Source: Convolutriloba macropyga
Lineage: Eukaryota
Length of the DNA: 64,000 nt
Direction: 5' to 3'
Assembly: GCF_964194025.1 (NCBI RefSeq)
Contig: NC_134470.1
Span: 26,288,001-26,352,000, forward strand
In this document: piece after piece, positions 37,102 through 48,323 of the stretch
Layout: each line of letters starts with the position of its first letter
Numbering within the stretch: position 1 is the first letter of the stretch
Translations under genes and position numbers: made by a program
The notes under the pieces: model-generated
Seen by the model: the letters and a program-made list of their open reading frames with translations, nothing else
Database searches by the model: none
What the model was told of the DNA's origin: nothing

Positions 37102-39311
37102 TCAGGGCTTAGATCCTGATGAGCTGCCAGATGAGCTTTCGCTGCCACTGGACGATGAACCGCTTGAGGACGTTGTGGGAGATCTGCGACGTCTTCGCTC
37201 TCCAGCCGGAGACCGTCTTCTGCGGCTTCCCCCGGCACGCCGCCTTTCGCGCGACGTTCGCCTTCTGCGTCGTCGGGAACTCGATTTGCGTCTTGGAGAT
37301 GTAGGCCTGTGTCGTCTTCTACTACGACTGCGTTTTCTCTTATGACTAGTGTTGCGCCTACGCTTTCTACCTGACGGTGGTGATCTCCTCGATTTTCTCT
37401 CTTTTCTTTCGGGAGATACTTCTTCATTCTCACTGGATGAGGAGCTTGAGGTGCTTGGTGACCGTGACCTGCGTTTTTTAGAAAGATCTGGTTTGACAGA
37501 GGCGACGCCAATAGCAGCGGCCTGATTGTTAGTAGTTTCGCTCTTAGCAACCACCACCTTCTGTGATACTGATTCCTGGTGAAGCGCATTTGCATTCGCG
37601 TTCCTTTCCAAAGCAGCTGTCGTTTGATTTACAGTCGAGGGATAAAAATCTGAAGTCTCAGGTCTCACTTCTTCAGTTTCCACCGATTTTCGACTGAGAG
37701 CCCCAACAACTGGTCGCTCAGTCAGCAAAACACCTGCGGTTGCAGTTTGTAACTCATTTGCAACAGCAAGGGGTGCTGTTTTTGGAAGAGGCGCCAGGAC
37801 AGGTGGAGTGGGGGCAGATTCAAAGGCGGATGTGATTTTGAAGGTCAAGTTTTCATGGTCAACCGGAAGGAGCGACGGGTTGATTTCCTTGAACATTTTT
37901 GTTGATTTGAGAGGTGAATGCGTTGGAACCTGTATATCCGTTTTAGGAGTATTCATGTCTGAGACAGCTATTTTGGGAGGTTCTAAAGGTGCAGGTGTAG
38001 CAGCAACAACCGGCGGCTTTGGGACCTCAGCTGTAACCGTGGAGACTATCTTATCCTCTTCAACTTTCTTGCGTTCAACTTTCTCGCTCATTTTAACTGG
38101 TGGCAACAAAATGTTTGGTTCTGCTTTTGCTGGGGCATCTTTTGTCAGATGTTTGACCTTCTTCAGCTCAGAACCAAAAGTAGAGTCGTACGAGCTGGTA
38201 TCCACGGTTTTCTCAGTTTTCCTCAGCTCCTCGCTCTTGCTCTCCTTAGCTACAGCATTTTCGGCTGCTTGATCTTTGCTCTGTTTTACGGACACTGGCT
38301 TCTTCCGGTGTTTCTCATCGTCGCTTGAAGATCCACTGGAAGAGCTGCTATCTCGCCTTTTCTCTTTTCTCGCAGTGCTCTGCTCCACTTTCTCAACTGA
38401 GTCAGATTTTCGAGATTTGGGCAGCGGCCGGCTCTTGTCGGATGGCCTGGCGCGCTTCACAACCACAGCCTTCTCTTTCGTATCTTTTGATGCAGCTGAT
38501 CGTCTCTTCTTGTCTTCTGGAGTTGCGCTTCGATTCCTTCTTTCACGAGACTTTTCTGAGGATCTGCGACTACTAATATGCTTCTTCTGTTTTTCAGCAG
38601 CAGATTTCACATCTTTCTTAGACGATTCTTTTTTCGTTTCACTTTTATCGGCTTTTCCGGACAATTTAAGTGGACTTGAATCTCGCTTCTTTTTGTTCTC
38701 AATTGAATGAGACTTACTTCTTTGTCGGTAATTTCTTTGTTTTTTACTTGAAGATGTTTTTTCTACTGGTGTGGTCTGTTCGGAGTTAGCTTTATCCAAA
38801 TTATCTGTCTGGATAACAACAGCGGAAGCTATAACAGGCGTAACGACGGCATTTTCTTTCTTCTGAGTTTCGTTGTTTGGTTCCTCTACCAATAAATTCT
38901 CAATGTCTTCACCGGGAGCACCAAGTTCCTCGGCCAAAGTTTCCTCACCCACTTTAATCGCAGTAGAAGTTTCTTTACCCACGTGATCCACTGTTTGTTC
39001 GCGCAGTGCCTGAATGCCACTTTGAGGCAACGGCTGAACCTTGGCTACCTCCGAGGAGGCATGAGTTGATATTTCGTTTTTTACCTTACCTGCTACCTTC
39101 TTGTTATCCTTGTTAGCTGATGAAGACGAGGACGATAGTGCCTCCGGGACACCACCGCCACCAGTAGTACTCGTAGGCCGAGAAGGTAGTGACTGCGTCC
39201 CTTTGGCACCACCACCTCCAGCATTCATTCCGTTGTTCATCTTACGCCCTTCTTCAGTCGGTAGAATGTGAAGCTCCTGTTTCATCTCCTCTTCCCGTTC
39301 CCAAATAAGTC
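37102..39311 (-). CDS. PNN: Pinin terminal coding exon 10 (K/S/E-rich, P-rich and RS domains)
   Basis: Acceptor CATCTAG|GA in phase 1, matching exon 9. Ends in a long RS/poly-Ser region, as in pinin. Confidence 0.88.
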
Positions 39312-39520
39312 CTAGATGCAAACCGCAATCAAAACAAACTTTCTTTCCTTCCAACCAAAAACTCATAAAACATTTTTGTGCCATAGGATATCCCTCCCTG
39401 CCATAGGATATATTTGTGAGACTATCGCACTCAAGTCATTACCGAAGTTAATGTCGTCATTCAACAGCCCAAATGTTTGAATCTAGCTCAGAAGAGAAGA
39501 CTGCATAACTTACGAACAAT

Positions 39521-42500
39521 AACATCGCCAGCATATTGCCGGAAAATAGCCGCGATAGACGCTTGTGGCCTTCCTTGGAATTGAAACAACTAAAGAAATA
39601 AGATAGATAGATTGAACACCAGTCCTTTATTAGACCACTGGACTTTTCGGGTTAGATTCAATTTTATGAGACACATACGCTCTATAAGGAAAAAGACCTA
39701 ATAAAGCTTTTTCAAAATTAATATTCGAAATCAAAACTCACGACTGCAATACTCAAGAAATAGGGCATATACGTTTGGCACTACTTGGATGCAAACTATT
39801 GATCTTTAACTAGTAAATATTCATAAAATTTAAAGTTCATAAAGCGATTTCAGAAGTCATTTTTTGAGTGAGGTAAATCACGCAATTGAACTAAAAGCAG
39901 AACAAATGACGTCACGTACACAAATATTAACAGCAATGCAGTAGAAGTCACAGAAATTGAAAGTCAACTCCAAGAAGTCATGTCGGAAGAATCATCGATG
40001 GAGACGACGAATTAAAAAAAAACATAGCAGGACAAGTCATGACGTACAATTCAGAGAATTTTCATTGACTAAAAAAGATTAGACCTAGAACGGACTATGA
40101 GTGAATAGGACAAACTTTTAAAAAAAATCAGATCGAAAATAATTTTAAAAGAAAATCAATGTCAAAATGCCGCATGTGAACAAAAAACCACTAGCGAGAA
40201 AGGGAACTTAGTTCAAACAAAAAACAAGGCCTAGAGTGAACAATGAATGGATTGGAAAAACCATTTTAAAAAAACCCGATCCAAAAAAACGAAAAAAAAC
40301 AGTAAAAATCAAGGTGAAACAAAAACAATTGCCGCATGTGAGAACCACAAGCGAGAAAGCGAATTTTTGTTCAAACACCGTTTTCTCACTCTACTTAAAA
40401 ATTAGAGCAAAAAAAATTCACGCCGCAAAACCACTCGCTTTTTCGCTCCACTTCCCGTTTCGGCGCGACCAAAATCATTACTCCAATTTGACTTGAAAAA
40501 TCATGAAAAAGTGAGAACAGATCTTAAAAAAAAACAGCCAGAAGAATTCCGGAAACAACTCGAAGGAAAAAACGAACGCCCCTAACTAATACAAAACTTA
40601 TTCTACTGAGTCACAACAATAACTGACACAATTCTTATCTTTCTGAATAACACTAATCACTTTAAAACAAGAAAATGAAAGAGAACAATGAAGAAGTATC
40701 TGACCAGATAAGACGATAACGTATGGGATAAAAATTTCACATTGAGTTGCAAAATTTTTTTTAAAAAAAACGTGGGCAAAAACCCATGCGATCAGTTAAG
40801 TTTCATTTCTTTGAACCACTGCAAATTGAAAGAAAACCCAACACAAAATTTTCAAGTAGAGAAAACAGAGGTAAGATAAAGGAAGTGAACAAAACCAAAA
40901 AAATTCTTTGTAAAGTTGCAACAAAATTTAGTCACAAATTATGGCTCAACAGTCATTATGCTGAATCCAAATCATTATTATAAAAAACTTTCAATACTAC
41001 TTCGGGTCAAGCGTCCACCAATCCAAAACATTTTCGAGTTATAAAAGTAAAAACGAAGAACGTAAATAAAGACAAAAAATAGAAATCTGTAATATCTGTC
41101 ATTGAAAAGTGCACTAAATAAATCCCGACAACACCTTTAGAAATGTTCCTATTAGAGGCTAGAATAGTAAAAAGTAGCAAAAAGCACCCAATCAGAACAT
41201 TTCAAAAAGAAGCAAAAAAACAAAAACTTGCAAAAATCTTCATCTAGACCAAAATGACTCAAAACCAAACTCAAAACCATCAACGTGCATCAAAAACAAA
41301 AGTCATCACCAAATGCGATAAAAACTTGAAGAACACGAAGGGTTTGAAAGAAGAGAACTAAAAAATGATTTCTGGACAAACAATTTTAATAGTGCAAACA
41401 ATTTTGATGTCATTTTGGAGCTGAACATGCTCTTTTTTCGTAGTGAGACCACACAGGTAATAGTATCAATACCAATAGGCATTAGAGATGGTACGTAAGA
41501 ATAAAGTTCGAGTAACGGGCATCTTAAATCGGTTTTATCCCGTTTCTAATTTCCGATTTCGTTTTTTTTCGATACTGACTCTGTTCATTTTGAATTGCTT
41601 TGCTGAGCAACCACTGTCTAAAAACACTTTTAGCAGAATGACAGAAGAGTGAAATTAGCCTAGAGAAGTCAAAAAGATTTCACGCAAAATGTTAAATAAG
41701 CTGGGAACAAAGGTAAAGCAAAAATTTTTATTTTAATTCGACGAAGTAAAAAATCGCGAAACGCAAAAAAGACAAGGGCGTAAATGTCACTCGAAAGTCA
41801 AAACGGTTAAGCGAAAATTTTGCATAAAAAAGCACACACGTTTACTATAATTGCCATGAACTTCGTTCAAGAGCAATTAAATAGGAGCGCTATAATAGTC
41901 CGCTGAGAAGCTGAGGCGGCTATTAAAAATAGTTTAAAATTTCTCGGTTTATTGTCATTTTTTAACGAAAACTTGGTATCCAAAGACTCCATAATTGAAA
42001 CGCGTCTATTCAAAGCCCATACAAAGCAGTATAACAAAATGCTTAAAAATGCTGAAATTCGCCTAAAATTCAGAAAAATAGCTGAAAAACCTTGCAAAAT
42101 GGTATAAAATTCATATTAATGACCAGAAATCTACAAACCACTATCAAAACAACCCTAAAAATAATACAGTACCATAATCAACCTTCTAGACCAAAAATTT
42201 AAAAAAAAACGGTTTTAAAAAGCCGCACGTTAACACAAAATTTCGCTCGCTTGGAAATTTTTTTCACACCTCGATTTCTCGCTCTCGAAAACAGCGGAAT
42301 GAACAAAAAATCACTCTATTTTTGCTCCACTCTTCAACTTTGTTCAGGACCAAAACACAAAAATTTTGACGCGTTTCCTTTCCTGCTTCAAATTTCACTA
42401 ACGTGATTTAAAAAAGGACTTCTCCAATACTCCTCTTCGAGTCGTAAAAAGACAGCGCCCCAATACAATTCAAACTCTTTGAATTGTAAAAAACCACGAT

Positions 42501-42538
42501 GTCCCCAATAATAGCCGCCATCGCTTCGCGGCTATTAA
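39521..42538 (-). mobile_element. Nested Helentron-like copies filling most of the last PNN intron
   Basis: Left end aacatcgccagcatattgccggaaaatagccgc; right end aatagccgccatcgcttcgcggctattaa; additional termini at ~41860-41926. Confidence 0.55.
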
Positions 42539-42603
42539 TCAAACAATATTTCGAAAACCGACCAAACTAAATAAAAACTTTAAAAATTACAATAATATCT
42601 AAC

Positions 42604-42742
42604 CGTCTATATATCTCTCTGTTCTCCTCTGCAGCTCTGTTAGCTTTTTGTTGAAGGCAGTCGGTCGGTAAAAAATAGGAGGTCTTGAGTTTGTCATGAT
42701 GTTTCCTTTCGACTTCTGCATGGCGGCTTCCCAATCTTCGAG
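42604..42742 (-). CDS. PNN: Pinin exon 9 (RSB-like motif)
   Basis: LEDWEAAMQKSKGNIMTNSRPPIFYRPTAF resembles pinin EEW...YIRTKTKPHLFYIP. AG/GT borders, phase 0 to 1. Confidence 0.88.
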
Positions 42743-43180
42743 CTGAAAATCTTTTTAAGTTAAGACCCAAAACAGCCTGCATATTGCAACAAATGGGTCT
42801 ACAAATTATAGGAAAAATTTTGTTGTAATTTGAGTTCGAACTACATCTTAAATAGCATAGCTTGCTGTACATGCCTTTTGGAGCAATTATGGGGAATATA
42901 TGCTTATTTTTCCATCAATCCAAAAATTAATTCAATTGTCACAATTGTATAAAAGTTGATGAGAGCTATATCGGAGAATTTGTTCAACTGTTTATAGATA
43001 GCAAAATACCTTTTCAAAACATCTATTCTCACCCAACCGGTTACACTTTGGCAGATTGGAACATTGATACACACCCAGATTCGCGTTACACCTTTTTGAG
43101 CAAATGTGCATTAGTTTTTGCATGCTATTGGGGGAATGATTTAAACGATCAGATATAATTTTGCCTGGAATCATCCTCAC

Positions 43181-43342
43181 CATTTGAGCTCTATCCATCT
43201 TGGCATTGAGCTGTGCGATCTCCTCTTCGCGCATGAGACGCTCTCTGAACATCTCGCGTCGTTCAACTGCCGCTTCTGCCTTTTCCAACTTCTCAGCTGC
43301 ATCCACCTTCTTCTCAACTTCCGCCCTCTTTGCTTGATTGGG
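43181..43342 (-). CDS. PNN: Pinin exon 8 (coiled coil)
   Basis: PNQAKRAEVEKKV...RREMFRERLMREEEIAQL. TTGTAG and GTGAGG borders, phase 0 to 0. Confidence 0.88.
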
Positions 43343-43405
43343 CTACAACCAAAAACTATTCAGTAACCATTGAGACAAAAATAAATGCAGCTGAATTGAA
43401 AATAC

Positions 43406-43475
43406 CTTTTTCTCATTCTCTTTCTCTTGAAATGAATGCAATGTCCGCGTCAGTATCCCAAAGAATCGCTTCCCC
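43406..43475 (-). CDS. PNN: Pinin exon 7
   Basis: RGKRFFGILTRTLHSFQEKE resembles pinin RNRRIFGLLMGTLQKFKQE. Phase 2 to 0. Confidence 0.88.
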
Positions 43476-43671
43476 CTAAAATTTTGATTTTTTTTAAAGA
43501 TCTTGTAAATTGTTTGAAGTACTAAGACGGCACATTCACAAAATCCTTTTCTGAGGAGATAGCAACACATTTTATGTAGTGCTATAATTTAAGATGCTTA
43601 TATTCTGTGGTTCTCTGCTGCTAGATATATAGGTAACGTCTATGTAAATACATGGCGCACAAACATCATAC

Positions 43672-43754
43672 CGTTCTTTTGTCATAGAATCTGGAGTAAA
43701 TTTGGCCGAAGATTGTTCCACTTCTGGTTTCACTGTCATTGTTACGTTCGATTT
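43672..43754 (-). CDS. PNN: Pinin exon 6
   Basis: KSNVTMTVKPEVEQSSAKFTPDSMTKER. TTTCAG and GTATGA borders, phase 0 to 2. Confidence 0.8.
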
Positions 43755-46700
43755 CTGAAACAACAAGGAGGCTCGGTAATGTGCGTTCGCACATAAAGTT
43801 CCCACCCAGCTCATCCACATTTTTGGCATAAATGTCTACCAAATGAGGAAGAGATAAAAAAAGCCCAAAAATTCAAGTATTTTTTCAAAAAAATGAGTAT
43901 GAACAAAGATCGCCTCCAACGCAAATAACTCAGTGGAGTAAAAAATGCCGAATTAGATTGATGAGACCAGACATTAAAAAAACAAGTCAAGACGCACAAA
44001 AAATTCAAACAACAATAACAACAAACATTAATTACATCCAAAACTTTAGGTCCATTTAAAAAAAACTTAATAACAAGCTCAAAAAAGCATCGGATAAAAC
44101 TGAAACTAAACAAAATAACTTGTACTTTAACAGAAAAGATATTGGACTACTATAAAACGGCTCGGAAACAATTAGACAAAAAAAAGCAGCAAAGTTGAAA
44201 AATTGGCTTATATTTTCAAAAACAATTAACTTCAAAATAAGGAAAATATACAGCATGTTCATGATCACATACGCCAATATAGAAGGGCATTAGCACCTGT
44301 CAGTAATCAATTGTTTATGCGGTTACAAAAAAAAACAACAAATAGACAACAAAAAAATTTCAGTTAAAACTTGCGAGAAAACGCTGTCGAACCCGTAAAG
44401 CCATATTTGGCCCCTCAAAATATGTTCAATTGAGCCTTCCTCGATTGATAAAAATGTGGTACATGCCTTCTAATTATTGAGAACAGGCAATAAGTAGACC
44501 AAAAAGATGAAAAAGGGCAAAACTGATAACGACTTGTTTTTTTTTTGAAAAAATTTATTTTCGAAGTATTGAAAGCCATTAGCTACAAAATGAAATAATT
44601 AAACAGGTTCGTCTACTCGTCCAAAGGAAGCGCTTGAGACCTGTATTTATTCAGAATATATCTTCCATCCCAAAAAGAACGTTAAATATAGGCAAAAATT
44701 TACAAAATTAGTTTACCTTTTGTTCGAAAAACCCGTGTCGAAGCCAGTAAATTCATAACGAATTCTCGAAAAAAAACAAGTAGATTTTGTACACGTGCAC
44801 CATCCCTTGACCACAATAATGTCATATGTGACCTATATTTAACAAGACTAGGTAACAAATAGACAAAAAAAATGAACAAAAATGCGAAATGGAAATTAAA
44901 CAAATTTAAAGTTTTTAATTTTTGGAAACAATTGTGTTCAAAGTCATGCAAGCCATCAGCAATCTACTCAAATCAGAATAAAGGCTCATTTTTCCTTCAT
45001 GAAATGCCAATGAGACCTGTCATTATCCAGGTATTTCATACGACTAAAAAGACGAAAGTAAAAACGACAGTTAAAGACAACTGAAAAAATAATTAAATTC
45101 TACGAGAAAGGGGTGTCGAAGCCGTTAAAACCATAATCTATGCCCTACAAGACTTTTATATGTTCAATTGTGCCTTATTTTGAACGCCAATAATGTAATA
45201 TGTGAACTGTCAGTAATGTGAAAATAAGACAAAACAAGAAAAAACGTGAAAAAGGAGCCAACACCAAAAAAAATTTGTGAAATATAGTAGTATCAAAGCC
45301 AGAAAACCACAAATTAACGCTTAAAACCGCAAAAAAGGTTAAAATTCAATTCAGTAGAAGGACGAGGAAGAAGAAGCATTAAAATGAAGACCAAATTAAG
45401 AGAAAAGTAGTGGCAAACTTCAATAAGCCATTGTTAATTTAAAAAGCAGACATTTTTATAAGTCAAAACGACCATAATCTTTCCAGTAAGCAAAAAGATA
45501 CATTAATGAAGAACTGTCTAGGAAGCAATTTAAACCTATCAACATTGAGCTTTGATGTGAATTGTTCTGTTCTTTAATTAACATAAAAAACCTCGATTTT
45601 TTTTAAAAAAAAAAGACCGACTAATTACAATCCGAATTATTTTCTCGATTTTAACAGTCCAAAACCAGCCCCGCTATTGCTGTTCCTCCATGTGGAACAC
45701 TCAATTGTTTCGAATGCCTTAGATCTTGATAATTTGTTAGTTATAAGATCAAAAACAAATGCTGCGTTTTGATAATCATAGAGTAAAGTTAGCAAAAAAC
45801 GGCAAAATTTTTATTCTAGACTACTCTCAATGGAAGAGGAGGTAAAATTAGCTCCCTCTGTAGTTTACAAAGATTGTGTTTGTTGTTTTTGAGGAGTGTA
45901 CTTCCGGCATAATTAATCAAAGTGGACTAAAGAAGCTTATTTCGGGCAATTTTTTATGAAAAAGGCTGAATTTTGAAATAATTAGCCAAAATTTTAGAAA
46001 GAAAAATTAAATCAAAAAGTCATCAACACTTTTTGTCTCTAAAAATAAAATCAACAGTACTATTGTTAAAAATTTTTAATAATTTTTAAGCAAAATTGAC
46101 GAAATTGCGAACAATGTGAATAAAAACAAAGGCAATCCGTCTATTATTCACAAAATTTCAAACCTCAATAACTCCATGTAAAATACGAAATTCAAAAAAT
46201 CTTTTTATTTCCATATTTTACGCTGGAGAAGCTTTTTAATGATACCACTCACGACTCTGTACGATGAATATATCGATCGGTCAAAATTGTCTGAACAAAA
46301 AAAACCATTTGTATATAGTTCCTCCCCCCTAAGAGGGATCGGAACAAAAAGTTCCCCCTCCCCCACCAGTACGTTATGCACCCCCAGCTACCGAGCACGT
46401 GCTATTAAACTGCACACTGTAAATCGTTATGTAAAAATATGGCAAGTGCGTCTGGGGGATCAAAGAGTATGCAAACGCTATGCTTGGAGGTGGGCACAAA
46501 CGGAAAGCTTCCAACATTCAATTGGAGTCGCATGAAAACTTTGTGAATGGAAATAGTAAAAGTGTACGAGCATAGGATAAGCACTAATGTAGTTAGGTCC
46601 AGGAGATACTTAGAAAACTTTTTCCCTGAGAACACATTTCATCGTTCAACAATAGGTAAAAATGAATTTCAATATCCGCATATATACAAACAAGCCTTTC

Positions 46701-47278
46701 AATGAATAAACGAGACAATATCTGAGTAATATGAATGATAACACTTATATATAACACTTATGCTCAAGTACTCGTCTAATGCAAAGAAAGAATGGGTTGA
46801 TTCTATGGTTACGTTCAGTGTCAATAAAATACAAAGGAAACCAAATCTTTAGTTTTATGTGATAGGTTGAGTATAGTGTAGAACGAGAGGCAGTTCTCTA
46901 CTAGGTAGCAAAGGTGAGGTGATTGTTGAAAAGATGCCATACTTTCAGAAAAATTTCAAAGCCGATTCAGTTAATACGACACTAATCCTGCCTAAACTCT
47001 GACACGTAAACGGCCAGCGCTGTCAATTTCAAAGTCAAGGTCTTGTGATCATATGCCCAAAGTAGATCACTATTTGATGAGCAAAAAATCTCGCCCATAA
47101 TAGCGCCTCCACCCCGCGAAACTAGTCCTCATTATGATATATTAATAGTGATTGCTGAGTAATATGCTCACTGCTCACTAACCTTGGAGCTTGTTGTGGG
47201 CTATAAGGTGGTCAAAAAACAGGAAAAATGTAATTATCCTCTAACTTTCAATGTACAGAGTTTGAAAGTCTCACTCAC

Positions 47279-47345
47279 CACCGATGGTCCATTTCCGGAA
47301 AACTCCTCATCACTGACATAGTCATCCTTCTTTTCACTCGCATCC
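47279..47345 (-). CDS. PNN: Pinin exon 5
   Basis: RDASEKKDDYVSDEEFSGNGPSV. AAG acceptor and GTGAGT donor, phase 2 to 0. Confidence 0.7.
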
Positions 47346-47409
47346 CTTTAAATAAAAAATCTTTTGCTGAGCTCTGTAAATAAGGTAATTTTAATCCTCC
47401 ATTCCTTAC

Positions 47410-47460
47410 CGTGCAGGACCACTTATTGCTCTCTGAGCAAGGCCTCCAGCTCCAAGCAGT
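47410..47460 (-). CDS. PNN: Pinin exon 4
   Basis: RLLGAGGLAQRAISGPAR. TTTTAG and GTAAGG borders, phase 2 to 2. Confidence 0.78.
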
Positions 47461-47535
47461 CTAAAAATATTCAAAAATTTGAAACATATAATCATCAATA
47501 GATAGAAGTCAAAAGGATCTTGAGAGTCAATGTAC

Positions 47536-47601
47536 CTTGATTTAACTGACGCCCCATCAGAGCTTGCTATACCAATCCTCCGTTTTGCTGAGAGATTACG
47601 A
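47536..47601 (-). CDS. PNN: Pinin exon 3
   Basis: SRNLSAKRRIGIASSDGASVKSR. TTTTAG and GTACAT borders, phase 2 to 2. Confidence 0.78.
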
Positions 47602-47670
47602 CTAAAATAGCGAATGCGTTGTTATATACCTATGAAACTGGGAAACATTTAGCATTATTTCCAAAACTAC

Positions 47671-47776
47671 CTTTCGGGGCGTCCACTAATGCGCTTCAGA
47701 TTCTTGTCCAACACATCCAGGTTATCGCGGGCTTTCTGAAGCCGATCTTCGATAACCTGCCGTGCCCACATTTTAT
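47671..47776 (-). CDS. PNN: Pinin exon 2 (N-terminal pinin/SDK domain)
   Basis: IEDRLQKARDNLDVLDKNLKRISGRP resembles pinin LQEQLEKAKESLKNVDENIRKLTGRDP. Confidence 0.88.
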
Positions 47777-47856
47777 CTGAAAATATTTTCTACTGAATAA
47801 TGCCAGTAAATGGGGACAGACAAATGGGAAAGACAATGAGGATAGACCGTGCTCAC

Positions 47857-47860
47857 CCAT
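47857..47860 (-). CDS. PNN: Pinin exon 1 coding part (ATG plus 1 nt)
   Basis: ATGG|GTGAGC. Phase 1 joins exon 2 to give MDKMWAR; the ten exons sum to 2958 nt with no internal stop. Confidence 0.65.
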
Positions 47861-48323
47861 GTACCCCAAGGTTCTGCTTTCGGCCCCTTCTCTTTCAGTG
47901 ACTTCAAATTTAAGACTTCAAATCCTTTTGTAAAAATCAAATTTTTGCAAAAAGGTTGAATTTCTTAATCTATACCTGTGCTCAGACAGTATAGTGCACA
48001 ATCAGACAGTATAGTGCACGATCAGACAGTTAGTGCAAACCGGAAGCAGCTTCGTAACGGCGTTCTACGATTCAACTCTTGTGGATGGCTTCACGTCCGC
48101 TGTAGCAGTCGGAATCGTGCGATTGACCACCCTCCCGGACTCGGTTTTCCACGTTGTCAGCCTACGCACTACTTAACTTACACTCAAGGAGACCAACGCC
48201 CTGCCAAGCCAGGAAACCCAATCCAATAATATATGGGTTTTTCCCCGTTAAAGAACAGATTGAGCGAATTTACTTTCTTTGAACCCCTGACTTTCTTTTA
48301 ACCCAATAAAAAAAAATAGGCGG

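Noticed and set aside
39312-39384. N-terminal 24 codons of the 760-aa ORF
   Set aside because: Intronic; the acceptor at 39313-39312 joins in phase with pinin exon 9.
47346-47376. Upstream CAG acceptor for PNN exon 5 as a poison splice site
   Set aside because: It would give a premature stop, but needs an ~36-nt intron, much shorter than neighbouring introns (63-80 nt).
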